Virus record (IMG/VR): IMGVR_UViG_3300045988_069571
Coordinates: 1 to 44,934 of that record
Reading direction: 5' to 3' (one strand)
From: a virus
DNA: 44,934 bases
How positions within the stretch are numbered: position 1 is the stretch's first letter; the number at the start of each line of letters is the position of its first letter. Below, one piece after another: positions 14,976-23,055 of the stretch. Made by a program: the position numbers and the translations under genes. A model generated the notes under the pieces. That model did not search any database, had not been told where the DNA came from, and worked only from the letters and a program-made list of their open reading frames with translations.

Positions 14976-16535
14976 TTATACTCCGAGCACCCCAAGGAGA
15001 TAGCTCGCATCCTGTTCCGTGATGCTTCCATTTCTCAGGGCTGTTTCAATCCGGTCTGCAAATACCTCGGCAACATTGGAAGATGTGCCAGGATTCACAT
15101 GCTGGTAACTATTGAGGATGCTCTGTGCCGCCGGAGAAAGACCGCTGCTGCTCTTGTTAACCTGTTGTGTCGTGCCCGGCCACATATTGATTATGCCGGC
15201 CCCACCTTGGAGCAGACTATTTTGAAGTTGCTGTGCATAGGGGTTAAGCTGTGTCCCACCAGAGTCTCCGCTAGTGTTGTCCTCCGGCCATGCTTCTCCC
15301 ATATAATACTGCCATGCGGCTTTGACCGTCGGCGTAATCTGCTTCTTTTCAATAGCATCCATCATCTGAGTGTAAGTCAGAACAGGCTTTTCAGTGCCGC
15401 TGGTGCCGCTGGTTCCGCTGGATCGCCCGCTCCGGGAAGAACCGCTCCCGCCGCTGCTCCTGGGCGGATTGGCCGCAAGTTCAAACTGTGCCAGCGCGCC
15501 GGGGTTGACGTTCACGCCCAGCTCACGCAGGCCGGAGAAATCGCCGTACTGCGCTTGCAGGAGGGCCAGATTATACCGGCGCTCATAATCCGTCGGATTA
15601 TTGGAGGTGTCGATCCCAAGCCCATTCAGGCCGCTGTAATCCCCATATTGCGCGCCGAGCTGCGCAAGAGTAAGTTGCCGCTCTATCTCTGCCGGAATGT
15701 TGCTAGTGTCCCAGCCCAGACTTTCATATCCACCGTAGTCGCCCATTTCCGCCCGCAGAACCGCCTCGTTCAGCGCATCGGTACGCCGCTGGTTCTGAGA
15801 CGACAGCCCATCCAGGAACTGTCCGTAGCTGAAATTGCGGTCGGTGTTGTACTGGTTGAGCTGGTTAAGGTATTTGTCGTAGTCGCTCTGTTCCGCCCCC
15901 TGGACAACCCCCAGGTTGCTCAAATCCATGTTGTAGTCGTTCAGATACTGGTTGTAGGCCAGTTGGTAGAGGTCGGGAATCTTGTCGGTCAACTGGGCCG
16001 CGTAGTAGTTGGACGCCTGGTTGGCGGCGGCGTTGGCATAGGAGGAGGGGATTCCGCCGGAGGCGGCCGCCGCCGCGCCCAGGGCGTCCGCCGTGGCCTG
16101 CTGGCCCTCCCTGGTATACTGCTTGCGGTAGTTCTGGTAGAGGGGGTCGGTGGCCGGGTCATAGGAGAAGTCCGGCCGGTCCAGAAGCCCCGCGATCAAA
16201 TCCTGTATGGTGTCGTCATAGCGGCTCTCATAGGTGGGGGCCGCCTCATACTCGAAGTTCCGGGGCGACATGGGGTCAAGGACAAAGCTGCCGCCATTCC
16301 CGCCCCCGGTGTATCCACCCCAGGAGCTGCGCAGGGCGTCCGCCTGCCGGTGGACCGCAGCCCTCGCTTCGTCGGTGGTGGCGTTCCGGTAGTCCTGCTT
16401 GGTTTTCAGGATGGACATGCCGAAATCCGGGTTCTGCTGGGCCATCGAGAGGTCGGCCTGGGAGAACTGGCCCCAAAGCCCGCTGTCCTGCGCCGACTTC
16501 CGGAACTGGTCATAGGTATATCTGCTTTTTGCCAT
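14976..16535 (-). CDS. Virion-associated protein with three ~34-aa tandem repeats (519 aa)
   Basis: SD AAGGAG upstream. The repeats have the form ..GDY(G/S)G...LG.DTSN.P...ER...LA.L.AQ, spanning aa ~260-355. Confidence 0.7.
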   Translation of the reverse strand: MAKSRYTYDQFRKSAQDSGLWGQFSQADLSMAQQNPDFGMSILKTKQDYRNATTDEARAAVHRQADALRSSWGGYTGGGNGGSFVLDPMSPRNFEYEAAPTYESRYDDTIQDLIAGLLDRPDFSYDPATDPLYQNYRKQYTREGQQATADALGAAAAASGGIPSSYANAAANQASNYYAAQLTDKIPDLYQLAYNQYLNDYNMDLSNLGVVQGAEQSDYDKYLNQLNQYNTDRNFSYGQFLDGLSSQNQRRTDALNEAVLRAEMGDYGGYESLGWDTSNIPAEIERQLTLAQLGAQYGDYSGLNGLGIDTSNNPTDYERRYNLALLQAQYGDFSGLRELGVNVNPGALAQFELAANPPRSSGGSGSSRSGRSSGTSGTSGTEKPVLTYTQMMDAIEKKQITPTVKAAWQYYMGEAWPEDNTSGDSGGTQLNPYAQQLQNSLLQGGAGIINMWPGTTQQVNKSSSGLSPAAQSILNSYQHVNPGTSSNVAEVFADRIETALRNGSITEQDASYLLGVLGV

Positions 16536-16550
16536 AGGGTTCTCCTTTTC

Positions 16551-18149
16551 TTATTGCCGCCCCGGCCTGCTCTTGAGCTCGCTGCCGGAATAGCTCTCCC
16601 GCACCAGGGAATAGAGCCGCCACCCGCCGGTGCCGGAAAAGCGGATGCGGAAGTGGTCGCTTCTGCGGGGGATGATGGGCAGGTAGAAGCTCCGCTTCAC
16701 CGTGGCGGAGAGGGTGGTCACCTCCCGCCACTCCCCGTCGCTGTCAAACTGCATTTCGATTTTGACCGACGCCCCGGCGTCCAGCTCCATGCGTACCTGG
16801 AGCTTGGCGGTGCCCTTCTTGTTGGCGTCGCCCTCGGTAAAGTCGGCAAACTCCGCCATGCTCTCCACCGCGCCCTCCGGCGCGGCGTCCTCCGGTACGG
16901 TGCGGGTGTTTCCATTGAGCCACAGCCTGCCGTCCGCCCCCAGGAAGTACAGCTCCGTGTCCCACCCGAAGCCCACGGCCTCCAGGCTGTCCTCCTTGTG
17001 CCACACGCCCTTTTGGGTGTCGTAGACAAAGAGGGTGTGCCCGCCTGTGCTGTCCTCCAGGGAGACGTAATACTTCACCCCGTCGCTGCCCGCCACGCCG
17101 TTGCGGTAGCGGTCTGTCCCGAAGGGGGCGGCGACGCTCTGCGGGATACCGCCGGAGTAGGCCACCACCCCCACCCGGCTCAGATAGTACAGCGTCTCCC
17201 CCGCAATGGCGAGACTGGCATGGCTGCCCGCCTCCACCCCCAGGGACGCGCTGCTCATTACCTGGAAGTTGCTGGGCTTGTCCCCGTAGACCTTGTAAAT
17301 CTGTTCCTCTTTGAAGAACACCGGGTAGCCCCGATAGGCAAAGCACCCGGTAAAGTCCCCGGCGCTGCCCACGTCCACCGCGTAGGAATCGGTGCTCACT
17401 CCGTCGAACACATTCCAGTTGAAGGGATCGCCCAGCTTGGAGGCGTAGATGGTGTCGCCCTTGCAGCCCCACAGGCGGTTCTCGTTCTCGCACAGGAAGT
17501 CCAGCTCGGGCACCTCCCGCCTGACCGTCAGCTCCTCCGTGTCGCCGCCCTTGTTGATGGTGAAGGAGTTTTCATAGAATCGCAGATTGTCCCCATCAAT
17601 CTCTCGGATGACAATGGTCTGGTTGTTGCTCTCGTGGGTCTTTGCCCCGGATATGGTCACCGCGTCCCCCACCTTGAAGATGGAATCCCAGTCGGCCCCG
17701 GAGGCGTAGATGGTGTTGGCCTCGGCCTCCTCCTCCGCGTAGGTGCCGTCCTGAATTTTCGCGCTCCCGCTCCAGCCCGCCTCCAGGCTTCCGAACTCCC
17801 CCGTCAGGCGGTTGTAATACGCCTTGTCGGGCAGGATGATGATGTAGGCCCCCAGGGCGGCAAACTGCTTGCGCCCGTCTGCAACGTCGCCCTTTTTCTC
17901 TCCCCCGGCGTAGAAGACCGTGCCGTCCACCCAGTACAGCCCGTCCTTTGCATACAGGCCGTTGGGTTTTGCCATGGTCTCCACCAGATACCGGGGCCGC
18001 CGTGCGGAGAGCAGCGGGGCGAGGTCGCTGGTCAGGTTCTTCATGTCCCAAAGCGTCCCGTCTCCGGCGGCCAGCCGGTGGTCATAGCCTCCGAAGCTGG
18101 TCTGCCCATACTTGCGGATTCCGTCGGCGTGTACCATATCCGGGAGCAT
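16551..18149 (-). CDS. Large tail/baseplate-type structural protein (532 aa)
   Basis: SD AAAGGAGG upstream. It is beta-rich, and its position lies between the fibre gene and the internal proteins. The function is inference. Confidence 0.7.
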   Translation of the reverse strand: MLPDMVHADGIRKYGQTSFGGYDHRLAAGDGTLWDMKNLTSDLAPLLSARRPRYLVETMAKPNGLYAKDGLYWVDGTVFYAGGEKKGDVADGRKQFAALGAYIIILPDKAYYNRLTGEFGSLEAGWSGSAKIQDGTYAEEEAEANTIYASGADWDSIFKVGDAVTISGAKTHESNNQTIVIREIDGDNLRFYENSFTINKGGDTEELTVRREVPELDFLCENENRLWGCKGDTIYASKLGDPFNWNVFDGVSTDSYAVDVGSAGDFTGCFAYRGYPVFFKEEQIYKVYGDKPSNFQVMSSASLGVEAGSHASLAIAGETLYYLSRVGVVAYSGGIPQSVAAPFGTDRYRNGVAGSDGVKYYVSLEDSTGGHTLFVYDTQKGVWHKEDSLEAVGFGWDTELYFLGADGRLWLNGNTRTVPEDAAPEGAVESMAEFADFTEGDANKKGTAKLQVRMELDAGASVKIEMQFDSDGEWREVTTLSATVKRSFYLPIIPRRSDHFRIRFSGTGGWRLYSLVRESYSGSELKSRPGRQ

Positions 18150-18151
18150 GC

Positions 18152-18331
18152 TTAGTCCTCCTTTGCGTCCCCGCCGGGCTCTGTCTCGCCGGACTGCTGG
18201 GAAGCCATCAGCTCCAGGGCCCGGCGCAGCGCCATCCGGCAGGCCGCGACCACGTCCACCGCATCGCCCCGCACCGGCAGGGCCGCCAGCAGATTGTAAG
18301 CGTTCTTGATTTCGTTCCGCACGTCGTTCAT
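18152..18331 (-). CDS. Small protein (59 aa, below track cutoff)
   Basis: My translation is MNDVRNEIKNAYNLLAALPVRGDAVDVVAACRMALRRALELMASQQSGETEPGGDAKED. It has an ATGA overlap with the upstream fibre gene, and its 3' end carries the SD of the next gene. Confidence 0.55.
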   Translation of the reverse strand: MNDVRNEIKNAYNLLAALPVRGDAVDVVAACRMALRRALELMASQQSGETEPGGDAKED

Positions 18332-19743
18332 ACTCGTTCCTCCAATTCTCTCACCTTTTTCTTTAACTTCTGTATCTGGTCAATGCACAGGGAAATGAAC
18401 TCCTCATAGCGCAAGGAATAGAAGTCCGTTCCCTCCTTGTCCGTCTCCTTCACGAACCCGGCAAACTCCTTGCCCGTCAGTCCGCAGGCGGCCAGCGCCT
18501 CCTCCACATCCTGAGAAATCAGTCCGGTGTGGGTGCGTCCGCTGGTCCCCTCGTTATACCTGTACGGCGTGGGCCTCAGCCGGTCAAACAGCGCGTCATA
18601 GGCGCTCATGTCGTAGGTGATGGAGTTCTTTTTATTCCGGTCAGAGGTGATAATAGAGGAGCTGGCCGCGTACACCGCCGACCACCGATGCCCGTTCGTC
18701 CCGCAGGCATAGCGGTTGTCAAGGTTCGGCTGCAAATCACACCGCCCAACCGTCACCTCACCGTCTGAAATCTGGACATAGCCCGCGCTTCCCCCATACA
18801 GGCCCAGGTAGATATCGCCATTCACTGCGTTGAGCTCAATCGCGTTGCTGGTGAGCAGTACCTTCTGCCCCGATGTAGAGGACGAGCCGTCCAGCGTAAA
18901 AGTACCGGCCTCATACCCTCTGCTGTCCAGCAGGCGGATTTCCCCGCCCTCCAAGGTGGAGGCAGATACAGTGCCAGTCATAATCCGGGTGCCGTCGATG
19001 TAGGTCGTCCCCCGGTATGTCCAGCCCCCAACCGTATCCGCCGCATCCGCCGCCACGGTCTGCGCGTCCTCCGCCATGGAGTACGCATCGTTGATATCGT
19101 TTTGAACACTGTCTGCCAGATCGCGGAAGGTAATCATCCCTGTCAGGTTCAGGTTTGTGGCGTCAATCTGCCCGCCGTCGATGGTCAGCGTGTCCCCGCT
19201 GGCGTTGGTGATGGTCACCCCATTGGGGGCGATGCGCAGGGTCTGGCTTAGTCCGGTCTCAAGGTCGCTAACCGACTGTGTAATGCCGCTGACTGTGACG
19301 GTGATTTGTGCCAGATCCCCTTCCGCGTTTTTGAGCCGCAGGTTAAATGCCTGAGACGTCTGCTGGAGAGACGAGACGTTCCCCTCCAGGTCGCTTATTT
19401 GGCTGGTCAGGCTGGTTGAGGTCTGCTGGAGAACCGAAATGTTTCCCTCTGCGTCTGCCATACGTGAAATCAACTGCTCCGCGGTCACCGTCAGGGAGGA
19501 CAGGTTTCCCTCCACGTCCTTGAGCTGGATGTAAACCGGCTCCGTAATCAGGCCCGCAATCTCCTGAAAGGCGGTGTCGTTGAAGTTTTCCCGCCCAAGA
19601 TTCGCCATTGAGTAGCGAAGCTGCTCCAGCAGCATGTAGAGGTAATCGCTCACCATGCGGAACTTCTCGTCCGTGCTCTGGTTCCCCCTCAAATCCGGGA
19701 ACCCGGTGTCCACGTTCAGCAGATTACTCGGCATTTGAACCAC
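18328..19743 (-). CDS. Tail fibre/spike with C-terminal S74-type intramolecular chaperone domain
   Basis: The C-terminus (SDRNKKNSI...HTGLISQDVEEAL...YSLRYEEFISLCIDQIQKLKKKVRELE) matches the endosialidase-chaperone pattern. The N-terminal region has repeated heptad-like segments. Confidence 0.75.
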   Translation of the reverse strand: MVQMPSNLLNVDTGFPDLRGNQSTDEKFRMVSDYLYMLLEQLRYSMANLGRENFNDTAFQEIAGLITEPVYIQLKDVEGNLSSLTVTAEQLISRMADAEGNISVLQQTSTSLTSQISDLEGNVSSLQQTSQAFNLRLKNAEGDLAQITVTVSGITQSVSDLETGLSQTLRIAPNGVTITNASGDTLTIDGGQIDATNLNLTGMITFRDLADSVQNDINDAYSMAEDAQTVAADAADTVGGWTYRGTTYIDGTRIMTGTVSASTLEGGEIRLLDSRGYEAGTFTLDGSSSTSGQKVLLTSNAIELNAVNGDIYLGLYGGSAGYVQISDGEVTVGRCDLQPNLDNRYACGTNGHRWSAVYAASSSIITSDRNKKNSITYDMSAYDALFDRLRPTPYRYNEGTSGRTHTGLISQDVEEALAACGLTGKEFAGFVKETDKEGTDFYSLRYEEFISLCIDQIQKLKKKVRELEERV

Positions 19744-20074
19744 CCTCCGTTCTATCCGGCGGCTCTGTGGGCAGTTGTTTCAGAGCCTCCACCAATTTTG
19801 CCGCCATGCCATTCCCACCCAACTCCTTGTAGGCATTGTACATGTCCAGCACGTTCTCCATCCCATAAATCGGGATATAACGTTGTTCGGAGTAGTGGTT
19901 GTACTCGGCAATGATTTCACGTCTTAGCAGAGACTGTACCCCATTCATAAGGGCATCGCTCTTCTGGTTGTCCGCTTTGATGCGTTTCCGTTCCCGCGCG
20001 GCAATCGCCTCGATGATAGCCACCAGGACGACCGCCGCGCCGGAAATCAGTGGGCCAACCCACTCCATGGGCAT
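19724..20074 (-). CDS. N-terminally membrane-anchored protein next to the holin (116 aa)
   Basis: It has a TM helix (GPLISGAAVVLVAIIEAIA) followed by a soluble domain. A lysis-accessory role is inference. Confidence 0.55.
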   Translation of the reverse strand: MPMEWVGPLISGAAVVLVAIIEAIAARERKRIKADNQKSDALMNGVQSLLRREIIAEYNHYSEQRYIPIYGMENVLDMYNAYKELGGNGMAAKLVEALKQLPTEPPDRTEGGSNAE

Positions 20075-20346
20075 CAGCCCTCCTTAGTCATCTGCTTATA
20101 AACCTGATTGATACCAGTGGCCGCAAGTCCGCTCACAATGCCGACAGCGGCGGCGGTCAAATAGTCCGAAGCCGGGAACTCGGGCATGATAAACATGCCG
20201 AGGATGCCCAGCACCGCACCAAACGCACCGCAGATGATGGGAATCCACTTGTTGTCCAAGCCGGTGGCCTTAACCACCTGGCCGACGAGGAAGCAGATCA
20301 CAGTGATGACTGCTACTCCGGTGATACCCAAAGAAGAAATGTCCAT
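20074..20346 (-). CDS. Holin (phage_holin_4-like, 90 aa)
   Basis: ATG at 20346 lies after GGAGGT. It has multiple TM helices and a KWIPIICGAFGAVLGILG motif. It lies directly downstream of the endolysin gene. Confidence 0.7.
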   Translation of the reverse strand: MDISSLGITGVAVITVICFLVGQVVKATGLDNKWIPIICGAFGAVLGILGMFIMPEFPASDYLTAAAVGIVSGLAATGINQVYKQMTKEG

Positions 20347-20360
20347 AATATGTACCTCCA

Positions 20361-21704
20361 TCAAATCAGATTCAGCCGATCCAGCACCACGGCCAGCTCC
20401 TGCCGGGTCATATTGTCACGGGGACGGGTGCCGTCCAGCACGCCCTTGTCTTTGGCTTTCTGCCACGCCTCAGCGGACCAGGCGTCCGGGGTATCTGCGT
20501 TGTCCTCTCCTGGATCGGCCTGCCACGCGACGCCCAGGAACTCACAGATGCCCTTTGCGGTGGCCTCGGCCAGCTTGTCCCGGTACTTGCTATCCTTGAG
20601 ATACTCCGTGTCCATCTTGTTGGTATGGAAGCCATACTCAATGAGCGCGGCGGGGGCGTCGGTCTTGGCAAGCACAGTATACAGCTCGTGCTTGATAGGT
20701 TCACTCCGCAGGGACACCCCGGCGGCGTGGAAGGCGTTGACCAGCTTGGAGGCCAGCACATTGCGCTGGGCCGTCATGGGCCCGGCGCTGGTGTAGATCT
20801 CCAGCCCGGACGCGCTTGACCAGCCTCCCTCCCCGGCGGCGTTGGTGTGGATGCTCACAAAGCAGTCCGGCTTTGCTTTGTTGCTGATGTTGGCCCGCTC
20901 CGTCAGGCTGGGGTAATTGTCCGCCGTCTTGGTGAGCACCACGCCCACCCCCTTGGCCTCCAGCAGCGGCTTGATGCGTTGGGCCATATCCCACGTAAAC
21001 TCCCATTCTTTGTAGGTGCCATCCGGGGAGCCGTTGACGTTGCCCGGACCGTGCCCAGGGTCTAGGCATACAGTGTGCTTGCTCATAGGCTTGTCCTCCT
21101 CTTCCGGCGGTGTCTGCTCCGCCTGCTTGAGATACACGCAAATCCAGTTGTGCACCTTGCGGCTGGCGGTGATGCGCTCTCCGCCAAAGTCGCACTGGCT
21201 GGAGCCGCCCCCATCCAGCATAACGGCGGAGGCCCAGCCCAGCCCGGCCAGCTCGTCCCGCAACTCCTCCGGCGTGGTCACGTCTCCGGTTCCGTCGCCA
21301 GAGCAGTAGAGGGCCAGACTGCCACCACGCAGGCCGATGGCGCTGCGCCCCCGCTTGCCTCCCTGGGCCGAGCCGTAGGATGGCTTGTCCACCGGCTTAC
21401 CGGAGGTAACGAGGGCGGTCACAGCGATAAAGTTGGCCGCTCCCTCGTACTCGGAGGTCATGCGGATGTCTGGGCCTTTGTCCCAGGCGTAGCCCATCGG
21501 CCTCCAGGGCGTGCCGGAGAGCATAGCCCCGCCCACCTTAAGCAGCGGGCAAGGGGTGCCGTCCGGGTTCCACATGCCGCCATTCAACACATAATGCGCC
21601 CCGGTCTCTGTTTTGACCTGGGATAGCGTTTTGCGGCAGTTGGTGACTCTCAGCTCAATCCGCTCCACGGAGGAGAGCGGGACGTATGTAATGAGCTTAC
21701 TCAT
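20361..21704 (-). CDS. Endolysin: phosphodiester-glycosidase (DUF2233)-like + amidase_3 + SLH-like tail
   Basis: ATG at 21704 overlaps the upstream stop region. NGGMW...SAIGL...LDGGGSS marks the N-terminal domain. LDPGHG...SIHTNA marks the amidase. The C-terminus AWSAEAWQKAKDKGVLDGTRPRDNMTRQELAVVLDRL is SLH-like. Confidence 0.8.
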   Translation of the reverse strand: MSKLITYVPLSSVERIELRVTNCRKTLSQVKTETGAHYVLNGGMWNPDGTPCPLLKVGGAMLSGTPWRPMGYAWDKGPDIRMTSEYEGAANFIAVTALVTSGKPVDKPSYGSAQGGKRGRSAIGLRGGSLALYCSGDGTGDVTTPEELRDELAGLGWASAVMLDGGGSSQCDFGGERITASRKVHNWICVYLKQAEQTPPEEEDKPMSKHTVCLDPGHGPGNVNGSPDGTYKEWEFTWDMAQRIKPLLEAKGVGVVLTKTADNYPSLTERANISNKAKPDCFVSIHTNAAGEGGWSSASGLEIYTSAGPMTAQRNVLASKLVNAFHAAGVSLRSEPIKHELYTVLAKTDAPAALIEYGFHTNKMDTEYLKDSKYRDKLAEATAKGICEFLGVAWQADPGEDNADTPDAWSAEAWQKAKDKGVLDGTRPRDNMTRQELAVVLDRLNLI

Positions 21705-22074
21705 TGCCGTCCTCGTCGGGCTTGTCCGCGCCGCTGACCAGACCGGGGTCCTCGGCCTCCTCCACTGCATCCACCATAGCGGCATACTTGCCCTCCTGGT
21801 ACAGCTCATTGAGGGCCACGGCATTGGCAGACAGCTTGCGCGCCCAGACGTTAAACTCCTCGTTGTCCGCCTGTACGGCCTCCAGGCCGCCCAGCGCGGC
21901 CCACAGGGGGCGGTACAGCTCGGGCAGGGCCTCCGCGCCGGGGTAGGTGTCCAAACCGTCGATGATGTTGCGTTGTATCATGTTGGCCGCATCAGTGATG
22001 CCGCCGCGGGCACCGTTGCCCTCGTAGATTGCGTAGCAGGCAGGGGTGAGCTCGTTCCAGTTGATGTTTTTCAT
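21697..22074 (-). CDS. Hypothetical late protein (125 aa)
   Basis: ATG at 22074 has AAAGGAA upstream, whereas the track start at 22092 has no SD. Confidence 0.6.
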   Translation of the reverse strand: MKNINWNELTPACYAIYEGNGARGGITDAANMIQRNIIDGLDTYPGAEALPELYRPLWAALGGLEAVQADNEEFNVWARKLSANAVALNELYQEGKYAAMVDAVEEAEDPGLVSGADKPDEDGNE

Positions 22075-22219
22075 TTTGGTGATTCCTTTCATTTTTGATT
22101 TGTGATATACTCTTTTTGCCGTGGTGGCCCTTTATCCCTCTTGACCATAGATTTACCTCCCAAAGGATCTGTGATCAGGGCCGCCGCGGTTTTCTCTTAC
22201 GTGATGGTGGAGGTGCCTT

Positions 22220-22417
22220 ATGAATATCGTTGTGATCTGCTCCAAGTGCGGAGCTGTGTGCCCATCCACATGGGTCAACGGTCAGCGCGAGTGGCTGTGG
22301 GAAGGCCAAAAGTGCGAAAAGTGCGGCGCGGAGGCTTGGGCCGCTCACGACCCAAACCGCGATTGGCGCACCGGGAAGCCACTGGAAGCCCCCTCCCGCT
22401 TTGCTCCAAAGGATTGA
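22220..22417 (+). CDS. Zinc-ribbon protein (65 aa) reading against the late operon
   Basis: SD GGAGGTG lies 5 nt before the ATG. SKCG...CEKCG gives four Cys. Its own terminator follows. Confidence 0.65.
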   Translation: MNIVVICSKCGAVCPSTWVNGQREWLWEGQKCEKCGAEAWAAHDPNRDWRTGKPLEAPSRFAPKD

Positions 22418-22422
22418 CCTCT

Positions 22423-22450
22423 GCCGCCCGGACAGGGCGGCTTTCTATTT
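22423..22450 (+). terminator. Intrinsic terminator of the plus-strand zinc-ribbon gene
   Basis: GCCGCCC (22423-22429), loop GGACA, GGGCGGC (22435-22441), followed by TTTCTATTT. Confidence 0.6.
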
Positions 22451-22588
22451 GGTCAGTTGAGCGGCCAGCTCTTGGTACTCCTCGGGGGTGAGCCGGTCGG
22501 CGGCCAGGTAGACATCCATCTTGTCCTGCAGGCCGTCGGTGCGTCCCCGGTCGATGAGCAGCTTGCAAAGGTTGTATACGGTTGTCAT
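22445..22588 (-). CDS. XkdX-like small late protein (47 aa, below track cutoff)
   Basis: SD AAGGAG upstream. My translation is MTTVYNLCKLLIDRGRTDGLQDKMDVYLAADRLTPEEYQELAAQLTK. The ...ITxEEYxEL pattern and position are typical of XkdX-type genes. Confidence 0.55.
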   Translation of the reverse strand: MTTVYNLCKLLIDRGRTDGLQDKMDVYLAADRLTPEEYQELAAQLTK

Positions 22589-22601
22589 AGTGACTCCTTT
22601 C

Positions 22602-22973
22602 TCATATGGTGGTGGTCAGCTCCAGCATACATAGCCGCGCCTCGTGCTCGGCCAGCACGTCCAGCGTTACGTCCTCCGCCCTGGGCCCAGGCTCTGCTAT
22701 CGCGGCCCGGTCGGCCTCAATCTCTTCCTCGGTGCGCTCTACTGCCTTGCCATCCTCCAGCTTGTACCGGGGGATGCCGTCCTCGGTGTAGATGGGCTGG
22801 GGGAAGTAGTTACCCTGGGCGTGGTGGTATTTGTCTCCGTAACCTCGTTCAATCTCCGTCCCCCAGTCCCCGATCACAAAGGCGGAGGAATTGACGGCGG
22901 TAATACGGCCTTGCTTATCCGTTTGGACATATACGATGTAGGGGGGATGAATTGTCAAATTGGGTGTACTCAT
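22602..22973 (-). CDS. Hypothetical late protein (123 aa), downstream of the fibre gene
   Basis: ORF from the track. The position is analogous to XkdW-type genes. No motif recognised. Confidence 0.6.
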   Translation of the reverse strand: MSTPNLTIHPPYIVYVQTDKQGRITAVNSSAFVIGDWGTEIERGYGDKYHHAQGNYFPQPIYTEDGIPRYKLEDGKAVERTEEEIEADRAAIAEPGPRAEDVTLDVLAEHEARLCMLELTTTI

Positions 22974-23055
22974 CGAATATTACTCCTCATTTCTATCTAC
23001 TTGACCAAATAGGGCAGACTCTGGCCTGCCAGTCACTACCCTGGCCTTTGTAGTG

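Noticed and set aside
13638-18155. A 1505-aa plus-strand ORF, the second-longest in the track
   Set aside because: It is a shadow ORF antisense to three well-supported minus-strand genes that have strong SDs. Its translation is Arg/Gly/Pro/Ala/Leu-rich low-complexity sequence, typical of the reverse frame of high-GC coding DNA. It has no SD.
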